Source: an uncultured Ruficoccus sp. (GTDB taxonomy: Bacteria; Verrucomicrobiota; Verrucomicrobiia; Opitutales; Cerasicoccaceae). Taken from it: a stretch of 64,000 nt of DNA. The stretch is taken from positions 128,001 through 192,000 of the forward strand of contig OZ223496.1 in assembly GCA_965140785.1 (NCBI GenBank). Direction: 5' to 3'. Below are positions 1-9,121 of this stretch, one piece after another. How positions within the stretch are numbered: the first letter of the stretch is position 1; each line of letters opens with the position of its first letter. The notes below the pieces were generated by a model that worked only from the letters and a program-made list of their open reading frames with translations, did not search any database and was not told where the DNA came from. The translations under genes and the position numbers were made by a program.

Positions 1-253
1 CGGGCAAGGTGTTACTGTGTTCCGCCGCAAACAGGCTGAAGCCCACCCCGATCTGACGGAGATTGGAGGCGCACTTGGTCGCCTGGGAAGTCGCAATCAC
101 CCGGCGAACGGCTGGAAACAGCAGCACCCCCAACACCGCCAGAATCCCGATGACGACAATGATCTCGATCAGCGTGAAGCCCGCCCGCCGCCGACCGGAC
201 CCCGGCCAGCCCGCCTGAGCGGGAGCCGACCCTATGTGCGCGCGGGGTTTCAT
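1..253 (-). CDS. Prepilin-type N-terminal cleavage/methylation domain protein (PVC-type), runs off the window start
   Basis: Manual translation from the ATG at 253: MKPRAHIG...RRAGFTLIEIIVVIGILAVLGVLLFPAVRRVIATSQATKCASNLRQIGVG. GFTLIE motif plus C..NLRQIG. The start overlaps the lyase stop (ATGA). Not in the ORF track. Confidence 0.9.
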   Translation of the reverse strand, partial: MKPRAHIGSAPAQAGWPGSGRRRAGFTLIEIIVVIGILAVLGVLLFPAVRRVIATSQATKCASNLRQIGVGFSLFAAEHSNTLP

Positions 254-1812
254 GATCTCGTATTGGCAAGATCGGAAGCGGCGATGGCAACCTCAGAAGC
301 TTCGCGCAGGTTGGCTATCGCCAGGTCGCGCTTCTCGCGGCGCTGGGCAGCGCGGGCGCGATAGTCACGGATCCATTCCTTGCGGATCTCCAACAGACGC
401 CGTGTCTCCGCCGGGGCGATGCCCCCGGTTTGATCGTGAGTCTTTAAAAATTCGCGCGGGTCGAGCAGCTTGCGGAGCGTTTCGGTCTCGATGCGCGGAG
501 GGGTTTCCTCGACGGATTCGGCGGCGGCATCAAGCATCTCGCCCGTGCATTCCGGAGCTTTGAGCCCCAGATCCTGGACCTGCCGGACAAAGTGCGCTGT
601 GATGCGGTGGGCGCGGCGACCGCCGTAGCCCAGGTGCTTGATCATATGCACGACCACCTCAGTGGCGCAGGAGTAGCCATTGCACACGGTCTGGAGCATA
701 TGCTCCTTCTGGGGGACAAGGTTGTTGACCGCGGCGGTAAAGAACCGCACTGCCACGGACGCGTTGTTGAGTGCGGTGGGCGGGATGGACTGGCCCATCT
801 CCATAATCGGCAGGACATCGCCGTAAAACTCGTTCTTGCTGTAGAGCAGGCCGCGAATCATCTGGTTGATGGTATCGGTCGCCATCATGCGCGGGACCTC
901 CGTGATCGCGCCGGGATGCGACTTTTGCGGCATATAGGAACTGACGCCCGCCCACTCGCGGCGGACTTTGAGCATGCCGACCTCTTCCAATGCCCAAGCC
1001 TGCATGGTGGTCGTCACCCGGGAGATGAGAATGCCCAGGTTATTGAGCGCGTACATCAAGGTCATGGAGTGGTCCTGGCTGGCTTCGCCCGCGTAGGTCG
1101 GCTCCAGCAGCGTATCCAGGCCGAGCAATTCGGTCAACCGCTGGCGGTCCACCGGCCAGGAGATGCCCGAGGTGGCCCCGCAGCCGCCGGTGTTACTGTT
1201 CACGTCCACGTAGGCGTGTTCGAGCAGCGTGATCGCACGGCAGGCTTCGTCGAACACACTCAGGTAAAAGCTCGCCAGAGTGATCGGGTTGGCCTGCGAC
1301 CAGTGGGTGTGCCCCGGCATGAGCGTCTCGGCGTTCTCCCCGATCCGGGTGGCCAGCGACTCCAGGAGCCTGACCAAACCGTCCTCCAGATCGATGATGC
1401 GGTCGCGCATGTTCAGGCGCGACATCGGCTCCTGCAGTGTGCGCCCCAAATTGATCATACTGCCCGTGTCCTCGTCGTAGTCGAGCTGTTCCATGATGGC
1501 CAGTTCACCGCCCCAGCCGGCATTACCGTTATCGAGCAGAGACTGGAGGGCTTTTAAAACTTTCGCCCCCTTTTCTGCCGGGATAATATCCGCCTCAAGC
1601 AGACACAGCAGCCAAGCCGTGTCCACCAGTGTACAGTAATGCCCGCGATCGAAGACATCCGTGTATATCTTGCGGCGCTGCGCTTCGATGTGCGGCCATT
1701 CCTCCGCACGCTCCACGCCCGGGCAGGCGCGCCAATGACCATAATCATAAGGGTTGGGATAGGGGCTGCTCGTAGCCGCTTTATCCGGAGACAGGGTGCT
1801 TTTCTCTTGCAT
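250..1812 (-). CDS. Argininosuccinate lyase-like C-N lyase (fumarase/aspartase superfamily)
   Basis: MPGHTH motif and superfamily signature variant GVSSYMPQKSHP (canonical GSSxMPxKxNP). Divergent from housekeeping ArgH. Confidence 0.85.
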   Translation of the reverse strand: MQEKSTLSPDKAATSSPYPNPYDYGHWRACPGVERAEEWPHIEAQRRKIYTDVFDRGHYCTLVDTAWLLCLLEADIIPAEKGAKVLKALQSLLDNGNAGWGGELAIMEQLDYDEDTGSMINLGRTLQEPMSRLNMRDRIIDLEDGLVRLLESLATRIGENAETLMPGHTHWSQANPITLASFYLSVFDEACRAITLLEHAYVDVNSNTGGCGATSGISWPVDRQRLTELLGLDTLLEPTYAGEASQDHSMTLMYALNNLGILISRVTTTMQAWALEEVGMLKVRREWAGVSSYMPQKSHPGAITEVPRMMATDTINQMIRGLLYSKNEFYGDVLPIMEMGQSIPPTALNNASVAVRFFTAAVNNLVPQKEHMLQTVCNGYSCATEVVVHMIKHLGYGGRRAHRITAHFVRQVQDLGLKAPECTGEMLDAAAESVEETPPRIETETLRKLLDPREFLKTHDQTGGIAPAETRRLLEIRKEWIRDYRARAAQRREKRDLAIANLREASEVAIAASDLANTRS

Positions 1813-1854
1813 TTAATTAACTAGTAAATTTATTATCTTCCTTGTCAAGACCCG

Positions 1855-3300
1855 ATGAAAACAAAATCCATCAGCACCGAAATGGCCGAAACCCTGCTGG
1901 CCCTGCCCACCACCGAGTTCAGCCCGGCGGCACGCCAAGCGGCCCTAGTCATGATCCTCGATACCCTCGGGTGCGCCTGCGGCGGGATGAACGCACCTGG
2001 CGTTGCCCAACTGACGGATCAACTCAAGCGCTGGGGCGGACAAGGGCAAGCCAGCCTCCTGTACGACGGCACGCGCCTGCCCTCCGCCCACGCCGCTCTG
2101 GCCAACAGCGTGGCCATTCATGCGCTGGACCTGGACGACATTTACATGCCGGGCATCCTGCACCTGAGCTCGGTCCTCGTGCCCGCGGTCCTCGCCAGCG
2201 CCGAAGAGACCGGAGCCTCCGGCACGGAGACGCTGGCAGCCTTGATCACCGGCACCGAAGCAGCTGCCCGGGTGGGGATCGCCTTCCTCGCATTCCGGCG
2301 GGGCGAGGGCTTTCTGCCGACCACCCTCGCAGCCGGATTCGGGGCGGTGGTGGCGGCCTCGCGCCTCAAGGGGTTATCTCCCGAAACCTGTGCCCATGCC
2401 ATGGGCCTGCACTACGCGCAACTGGGCGGCAACCGTCAGGCGCTGTTCGAAGCGGCCCTGGCCAAACGCATGCAGCCCGGCTTCTGCGTGCGCTCGGCCC
2501 TGCACTCGGTGGAGATGGCCGAGTGCGGATTGACCGGCCCCGCTGCCGTCTTCGAAGGGGCGGCGGGCCTCTTCGCCATCTATGGGACCGGTGGCCAGGC
2601 GCCACGGGAAGCCTTGCTCCCCCAGGGGGAAACATTCGAGATCGAGCGCGTCGCCTATAAGCGCTACCCGAGTTGCGGGGCTTGCCACAACGTCCAGATC
2701 GCGGCGGAACGGCTGCACGATGCGCACACGCCCCAGCCCGGCGACATCGCCGCCGTCCACCTGTTCGGGTGCGGGCCCGGCGGAATCGTCGGCCATCCTT
2801 TTAAGCTGGGCGACCAGCCTCAGGTCAGCGTGCAGTTCAGCGCCGCCTGGGCGGTCGCATACGCGCTTCTGCGCGGACACGCCACGCTTGATGCCTACAC
2901 CAACGAACGCATTCTTCAGGACACGGAGGTTCTCGAACTGGCCCGGCGGATCGACTACGTGGAAAGACCTGACGACCTGCCACCCAAGCCCGAGCGCCCC
3001 GCGGGCTATTACCCGAACTCCAACCGCTACGACGGCGTTATCGTGAAACTGAAAAACGGCCAAACGGTCCGGGATATCCAGTCCCCCTGCCACACCTTCA
3101 CCCCCGGCGGCTTTGGTCTGGATGCGATGCGGACGAAATTCAAGGACTGCCTGAGCTTTGGACGCGGCATAGAAGCCGGCTCCGCCGACCAGGCAGCCGA
3201 CACCATCCTGAACCTGGAAGAGGCCCCGGACTTCCGCGATTTTCTCCGCTCGTTTCTGCAACTCACGACTTCACCCCGTAACCGTCACGCCTCCGTATGA
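1855..3300 (+). CDS. MmgE/PrpD family protein
   Basis: ILDTLGC, AALANS..IHALDLDD, H.S..LVPA, FEG..GL and KRYPSC motifs of the family. Confidence 0.9.
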   Translation: MKTKSISTEMAETLLALPTTEFSPAARQAALVMILDTLGCACGGMNAPGVAQLTDQLKRWGGQGQASLLYDGTRLPSAHAALANSVAIHALDLDDIYMPGILHLSSVLVPAVLASAEETGASGTETLAALITGTEAAARVGIAFLAFRRGEGFLPTTLAAGFGAVVAASRLKGLSPETCAHAMGLHYAQLGGNRQALFEAALAKRMQPGFCVRSALHSVEMAECGLTGPAAVFEGAAGLFAIYGTGGQAPREALLPQGETFEIERVAYKRYPSCGACHNVQIAAERLHDAHTPQPGDIAAVHLFGCGPGGIVGHPFKLGDQPQVSVQFSAAWAVAYALLRGHATLDAYTNERILQDTEVLELARRIDYVERPDDLPPKPERPAGYYPNSNRYDGVIVKLKNGQTVRDIQSPCHTFTPGGFGLDAMRTKFKDCLSFGRGIEAGSADQAADTILNLEEAPDFRDFLRSFLQLTTSPRNRHASV

Positions 3301-4251
3301 GAAACCCGGCCACTCCATCAATCGCCCGCCGACTTTTCACCGCCCTTGCTGTCCTTCTCGGCATGATCTCCCTTTCTTCCTCCCTGGCCACCGCGGCCAA
3401 ACCCCGACCGGACTACCTCAACGTCTCCTATGGAGAGTGTGACCGGCAAGCGCTGGACATTTATCTGCCCGACGGCGGCAAGGGGCCCTACCCCGTGGCT
3501 ATTTATCTGCACGGCGGGGGCTGGGCTCACGGGGACAAGTCCTACAAAGTGAAGGCCGAGGAGCTGCAACGCTTTCTGGACGCCGGGGTGCGCCTTTGTC
3601 GCGGTCAATTACCGGCTGCTCAAACACGCCCGCGCGGACGGTGTCACGCCTCTGGTGCTGGCCCCGCTTCAGGACGCCCGCCGGGCACTCCAGTATGTCC
3701 GCCTGCACGCGGTGGAGTGGAATCTGGACCCGGACCGGATCGTCATTTACGGCGGCTCCGCCGGGGCCTTCAGCGCACTGTGGGTGGCCCTCTCGCCGGA
3801 GATGTCTGAACCGGATGCCGACGACCCGCTGGCGGCTGTCTCGACGCGCGTGCTGGCAGTCGGTGGCTCCAATGCCCAGACCTCGCTCGATCCCCGGGTT
3901 ATGCGCGAATGGGTCGGCCCGCAGCTCAAGTATGGGGGCCACGCTTTTGACATGCCCACGTTCCGGGACTTTCTCAAGCGCCGGGAGGAGTTCGCCGAGT
4001 GGTACCCGAAGCTCTCCCCGGCCTCACTGGTAAACGCGTCCTCGCCTCCCATATACTTACAATATACCCGGGGCTTGGAGGTCCCCGAAGACGATCCGGA
4101 GTACTACCCGCACTCTCCCCAGTTCGGCATCCACTTCGCCGAAGTGGCCCGGGAGCGGGGAGCGGTCTGCCATCTCTCCTATCAAGGCCATCCCGCGGAA
4201 ACCTATCCGGGTGACATGCTCGATTTCCTCATTGCTACGCTTAAGGAATAA
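3297..4251 (+). CDS. Secreted alpha/beta hydrolase (esterase), frameshifted near 3590
   Basis: Signal peptide, LDIYLP and HGGGW in ORF 3297; the other frame continues VAVNYRL...QDARRALQYVR...GGSAG (nucleophile). Confidence 0.85.
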
Positions 4252-4392
4252 CGCCTCTGCCGTGTTCCAAGAGCGCGCTGGGCGTGTACGGGCTAATCGC
4301 GTGGGGGCGGTGACGCTTAGGAAGGCTATTTTCGGGCCATCCTGGTCGGGGTGAGTTTCCCCCGGCAGTCCAAGCCCTCGAAGAAAACAACA

Positions 4393-4415
4393 AAAATGAG
4401 CCTGAGTCTCATTTT
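4393..4415. promoter_or_regulatory. Palindromic operator, Fur-like, upstream of flavodoxin/HemS-like genes
   Basis: AAAATGAG-CCTGAGT-CTCATTTT inverted repeat, followed by TTGACG. Confidence 0.55.
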
Positions 4416-4558
4416 CGAATTGACGCAATTGCCTGAACTCGCTTTTTTCGCGACATCATCACCGGCGGAAAGCTTGATTTTGGAAACATCCCAATCGATG
4501 TCCTCTCCGGTGGCATCGCCTCCCGACCATCCTCTCACCGACTCAAGCCAAGACATTC

Positions 4559-5023
4559 ATGGACCCACTCGATTCAACGCTGCACATCATTTTCGGCACC
4601 ATGACGGGAAACGCCGAGGACCTCGCCGAACGGCTGGCCGGGCGCTGCCAGAACGAAGGCATCGGCCACTCGATCTGCTCGGCCGAAGACTGGCCGCTGG
4701 AACGTTTTGCCCAAGTCCGGCGCGCTGTCCTGATCTTCTCGACTTGGGGAGACGGCGAGCCGCCAGACGACGTCATTGACTTCTGTGAAGCCATCTACGA
4801 CCAGCAAGCCGGGGTTTCCCACCTCTCCTACATGGTGGTCGGTCTGGGCGACACCTCCTACGACGATTTTTGCGGCTGCGCACGCCGCCTGGACGAAGCG
4901 CTCGCTGCCGCCGGTGCGCAGCGCATGGGCGATCGGCTGGAGCTCGATATCGACTTCGACAAGGACTTCGACGCCTGGACGGAGCGCTTCATCGCGGCCG
5001 AACTCCAACTCCAGCGGGCCTGA
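4559..5023 (+). CDS. Flavodoxin
   Basis: FGTMTGNAE FMN loop, STWGDGEPP, GLGDTSYDDFC. Confidence 0.93.
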   Translation: MDPLDSTLHIIFGTMTGNAEDLAERLAGRCQNEGIGHSICSAEDWPLERFAQVRRAVLIFSTWGDGEPPDDVIDFCEAIYDQQAGVSHLSYMVVGLGDTSYDDFCGCARRLDEALAAAGAQRMGDRLELDIDFDKDFDAWTERFIAAELQLQRA

Positions 5024-5037
5024 GCCTGCCAGGGTAT

Positions 5038-6009
5038 ATGGAAGAGCGAGACGACAACCTCCCTCACAACCGCTGCTGCCCTCGACCCAGCCGCAATCGG
5101 GCGCGGGCCAAGTGCTCCTGCGGTTGCCAACCCGAAGCGGTGTATGTTGGCTGAACTCCAGCGCGACTATGCCAGCATCCTGCCGCTGTTGAGCAGTCTG
5201 GGCGAGATGATCTGGCTTCGCCCGCAATCGGCACTGTATCCTCGGGCAGCGTGCTGGCCATGCCGGACTTGTGGGGCGAGGGTGACTACTTCAGCGGGTC
5301 CACCCCCTGCGCGGATTTTCACTTGGACACGACCCAGTGGCGGCACGCCTACACCGTGCATGAGCACCACAAGCAGCGTGGCACCTTTATGGGGCTGGAG
5401 TTTTTCGACAGCCAGCACCGGGCGCTTTTCCGAACCTTTCTCACCCCGGACATCCGAGCAGCAGGAGCTGCAAAGCCTGGTCCACAACCATCACCGCCGC
5501 GGCGTGCCGCTGATGGAGATCAGCAACTGGCACCGCATGGGGCAACTGACCCCGCCCGCCGCGGCCACCCACGCCCCGCTGTTGGATGCTTTCGCCCGCA
5601 CCGACCTGCCCAGCACACCTTTCGATGGCCGCCGCCTGGCACTGGCTAATGAAGCGGGATTCGCCGGGAACCTACCCCTGGCCCACGCCGTCCTGAGCGA
5701 CGCGCAGGAGGAGAACCAGGAGCTCGGTGTGACCGTCTCGGGCGGATTCGGGCGGATGAGCCTGGCCTTCACCCCGCAGGTGGCTGAACGTATTTCGCCG
5801 GAGTGGATGTATGCGGGCGAGCCCGGCTCCGCCCTGCGGCTGGACCTGAGCGCCGTCGGCACCTACTGGATCGGCAGCTATAACGAGGGCGGACGCCGCT
5901 TCAGCTATCTGGAGGCGGTCGATGTGTCTTCGGCGACCTCATCGTGCGCCTCACCTCGGCCAATGCCGAGAGCTACCGCTACTGGCAATCCCTGGCCACC
6001 GGGATGTAG
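5038..6009 (+). CDS. HemS/ChuX-like two-domain haem-utilisation protein, several frameshifts
   Basis: Stitched frames give FHLDTTQWRHAY...GLEFFDSQHRALFRTFL and LRLDLSAVGTYW...SYLEAVDVFGDLIVRL, matching the two repeated HemS-type domains. Cys-rich N-terminus. Confidence 0.6.
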
Positions 6010-6174
6010 AGGTCGCAACTCGATGGAGTCACATCATCTCAAGCGGAAATGATAAGATCAGAAAGATCTTGGGAACGGTATATTTTTAACAGGAAGAGCG
6101 GGAGTAGAAGCTCTAGACCGTTCTTTCCGGCCTTCCTGTTATACCGTTTTCAAGTCGTATCGATAAAGAGATGG

Positions 6175-6251
6175 CCCGCGAAGTCACGCGAAGGAACACG
6201 AAGTGAATCACTGCCTCATCGACTTTGCGTACCTTCGCGTGGCTTCGCGGG
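6175..6251. repeat. 30-bp imperfect inverted repeat (hairpin) between convergent genes
   Basis: CCCGCGAAGTCACGCGAAGGAACACGAAGT (6175-6204) against the reverse complement of 6222-6251: 4 mismatches, 17-nt loop. Confidence 0.85.
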
Positions 6252-6319
6252 AAACAGGTATTTTATCATTACTGGATGAAATCGGTATTATTTAGCCGCA
6301 GCTACAACTTAATGAGCGT

Positions 6320-7270
6320 CTAAAAGCCCTTGATGTCGAACAGGCTGGTCACGCTCTCGTTGCTGTGGATGTGCATGATGGCCTTGCCGAGAATCTCGTT
6401 CACGCTGAGCACAGTAATGGGGAGGCCGCGCGTTTCCACCGGGGTGGTATTGGTCGTGATGAGCTCGTCCAGCGGGCCGTTGCGCAAGCGGTCGTAGCCG
6501 ATGTCGTTGAGCACGCCGTGGCTGACGGCGGCACGCACCGAGCGGGCGCCGTTGAGCTTGAGCAGGTTGGCCGCGGCGGTCAGGGTGCCGGCGGTCTCGG
6601 TCATGTCGTCGACCAGGAGGATGTCCTTATCCGCGACGTCGCCCACGAGATTGAAAGCCTCGACCTCGGTCGCGCTGGTGCGCTTCTTGGCCACGAAGCC
6701 CAGCGGGCAGCGGAGGATGTCGGCGTAGGCGGCAGCCATCTTCATCCCGCCCACATCGGGCGAGTAAACGACGAGGTCGCTCTCCAGCTTGAGCTGGGTC
6801 AGGTAGTCCGAGAAGACCGGCGAGGCGTAAAGATGATCGACCGGGATGTCGAAAAAGCCCTGAATCTGCTGGGCGTGCAGGTCCATGGTGAGCACGCGGT
6901 TGGCGCCGGAGGCCACGAGCAGGTTGGCCACGAGCTTGGCCGTGATGGGCACGCGGGGCTGGTCCTTGCGGTCCTGGCGAGCGTAACCGTAAAAGGGGAG
7001 CACGGCGGTGATGCGGCTGGCCGAGGCGCGGCGGGCGGCATCGATCATGATCAGCAGCTCCATGATGTGGTCATTCGCCGGCGGGCAGGTGGGCTGGATG
7101 ATGAAGACATCCTGGCCGCGGACATTCTCGTCGATACGCACGAAGGTCTCCCCGTCCGGGAAGCGCTTGACGGTCGCGCGCCCCAGAGGAACGTTCATGA
7201 ACTCACAAATCTCAAGTGCCAGTTCGGGGTTCGCGTTACCGGTGAAGACTTTTAATCCCTGCTCTCTCAT
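6320..7270 (-). CDS. prs: Ribose-phosphate pyrophosphokinase
   Basis: FPDGE, YGYARQDRK, DLHAQQIQGFF, VDDMTETAGTL. Confidence 0.97.
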   Translation of the reverse strand: MREQGLKVFTGNANPELALEICEFMNVPLGRATVKRFPDGETFVRIDENVRGQDVFIIQPTCPPANDHIMELLIMIDAARRASASRITAVLPFYGYARQDRKDQPRVPITAKLVANLLVASGANRVLTMDLHAQQIQGFFDIPVDHLYASPVFSDYLTQLKLESDLVVYSPDVGGMKMAAAYADILRCPLGFVAKKRTSATEVEAFNLVGDVADKDILLVDDMTETAGTLTAAANLLKLNGARSVRAAVSHGVLNDIGYDRLRNGPLDELITTNTTPVETRGLPITVLSVNEILGKAIMHIHSNESVTSLFDIKGF

Positions 7271-7285
7271 AGACTCCCTTAAAAT

Positions 7286-8320
7286 TTATCCTGCGGTCTT
7301 ACCCTCAAGGCTGGCAACCCTTTTAAACAGTTCAGGCAGCCGTTTGCTCAAAATGTCGATCCGGTGCTGGAGGGCGGCGGTGTTGGCGGGTGAACCACGG
7401 TAGTAGCCACCGGGCCGGGTGTCGTTGTGCAGCCCGGTCTGGGCGCCGATCACGCTGCCCTTGGCCAGCTTGAGGTGGCCGGTGATGCCGGCCTGCCCCG
7501 CTACGATCACAAAGTCCTCCAGCGTGGTGCTACCGGAGATGCCGGCCTGGGCCACGATGAGGCAGCCCTTGCCGATGACGACGTTGTGCGCGATCTGCAC
7601 GAGGTTGTCGATCTTGGTGCCCTCCCCGATCCGGGTGCTGCTGAAGCGCGCGCGGTCGATGGTGGCGTTGGCCCCGATCTCGACGTCGTTCTCAATTACG
7701 ACATTGCCGATCTGGGGAACTTTCTCGTGGACGCCCTCGTTCGTCTCAAAGCCGAACCCGTCCGAGCCTATGACCACGCCGGGATGGATACGCACCCGGT
7801 CGCCTACCTGGCAGTAGTCGCCGACGGAGACATGGGCGGAAAGGCGACAATGCTCGCCCACGGAGGCGTCGCGACCGATGGTGACGAGCGACTCCAGATT
7901 GGTCCCCGGCCCGATCTTCGCCCCGGCGCCGATGACGCAGTAAGGGCCGACCCAGGCACTGGGGTCCACCGAGGCGGATTCGTCGATGAAGGCGGTCGGG
8001 TGGACACCGGGGTCGGGCTGGGGCCAGAGCATGGCCTCAATCGCCCCGCACAGGCGGGCGAGCCCGAGGGAGGGATTCTCCAGCCGCACGAAAGCCTGGC
8101 CGGGAGCCGGCTTCCCTTCGTAGTCGTGAAAGAGCAGGATGACCGAGGCCTGGCACGCCTTGACGTCGGGGGTGTATTTGCGGTTCCCCAGAAACGCCAG
8201 GTCGCCCGGCTTGGCCTGAGCCAGCGAGGCGATGCCCGTGACGGGCTTGTCCGGCGAGCCTTCAACCACACCGTCCTGCACGATGGCAGTGATATCTTCC
8301 ATTTGGAAGGCGATCTTCAT
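7286..8320 (-). CDS. lpxD: UDP-3-O-acylglucosamine N-acyltransferase
   Basis: Hexapeptide repeats, [20 protein letters not shown]; follows skp. Confidence 0.96.
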   Translation of the reverse strand: MKIAFQMEDITAIVQDGVVEGSPDKPVTGIASLAQAKPGDLAFLGNRKYTPDVKACQASVILLFHDYEGKPAPGQAFVRLENPSLGLARLCGAIEAMLWPQPDPGVHPTAFIDESASVDPSAWVGPYCVIGAGAKIGPGTNLESLVTIGRDASVGEHCRLSAHVSVGDYCQVGDRVRIHPGVVIGSDGFGFETNEGVHEKVPQIGNVVIENDVEIGANATIDRARFSSTRIGEGTKIDNLVQIAHNVVIGKGCLIVAQAGISGSTTLEDFVIVAGQAGITGHLKLAKGSVIGAQTGLHNDTRPGGYYRGSPANTAALQHRIDILSKRLPELFKRVASLEGKTAG

Positions 8321-8358
8321 ACCGGGTATTGTCGCGATGAGGGCGGGGGCTGTAAAAC

Positions 8359-8393
8359 CAGAAAACTCCCTTCATCGTGAAGGGAGTTTTCTG
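8359..8393 (-). terminator. Intrinsic terminator-like hairpin after skp
   Basis: CAGAAAACTCCCTTCA-TCG-TGAAGGGAGTTTTCTG perfect 16-bp stem. Confidence 0.7.
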
Positions 8394-8410
8394 AGAAATA
8401 AATCGTTGGG

Positions 8411-9010
8411 TTAGTTCGACTGGGAGGGAGGTGCAGCCGGAGCGGTGGTGGAGCTGGAACCACGGTCGGCATTGAGTTTGGCAAGGACCTCCTGAGTGAT
8501 ATCGAAGGACTCGTCGAAGTAAACCACGGCCATGCCCGCGCTGTTGAGCACGAGGTCGGCGCCCTTTTCTTTGGCGACCTTGATCACCTCTTCACGGATT
8601 TCGCTGATGTGCAGCTGGACGATAGACTGGCGGCGCTGCTGCAGCGTCTTTTCAGTCTGCTGGCGGTAGCGGTTGACTTCGGCTTCCTTTTCACGGATGG
8701 CCTTGGACTTTTCCAGGGCCTCGGCATTGTACTTTTCGCGGGCGGCTTCGGTCAGGGCTGGGTTGTTCATCTTGCCCTGGATGTCCTGAAGCTCGTTGGC
8801 CATGCCCATGCCTTCTTCGATCATCGCCTGGATTTCCTGCTGGGCGTTATCGACGGAGCTCTGGAATTTTTCATCGGCTTCCTGAGCCTTCCAGTAATTT
8901 TGATAAAGCTCGCCCATGTTGACGGTGACGACCATCGGGGTCTTTTGGGCCTGCAGGGCGCCAACGGCCAAAAAGGCGGCCATGAGAGTGAGGAGGAGTT
9001 TTTTCGTCAT
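8411..9010 (-). CDS. skp: OmpH/Skp periplasmic chaperone
   Basis: Signal peptide MTKKLLL, coiled-coil body, C-terminal DITQEVL; located between bamA and lpxD. Confidence 0.9.
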   Translation of the reverse strand: MTKKLLLTLMAAFLAVGALQAQKTPMVVTVNMGELYQNYWKAQEADEKFQSSVDNAQQEIQAMIEEGMGMANELQDIQGKMNNPALTEAAREKYNAEALEKSKAIREKEAEVNRYRQQTEKTLQQRRQSIVQLHISEIREEVIKVAKEKGADLVLNSAGMAVVYFDESFDITQEVLAKLNADRGSSSTTAPAAPPSQSN

Positions 9011-9121
9011 GATGTGCGTGTATGCTAGAGTTATAGAAACTTGGAGTATGAAAAAATGAGAAAGTTCCAAGGTGCCGCGAAAGCCGGGGAGGTTCAACCC
9101 CGAATTTCTCGCGCCCGGAGC

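Noticed and set aside
250..1812. Calling the lyase argH
   Set aside because: The signature and N-terminus diverge from housekeeping ArgH and no arg genes are adjacent.
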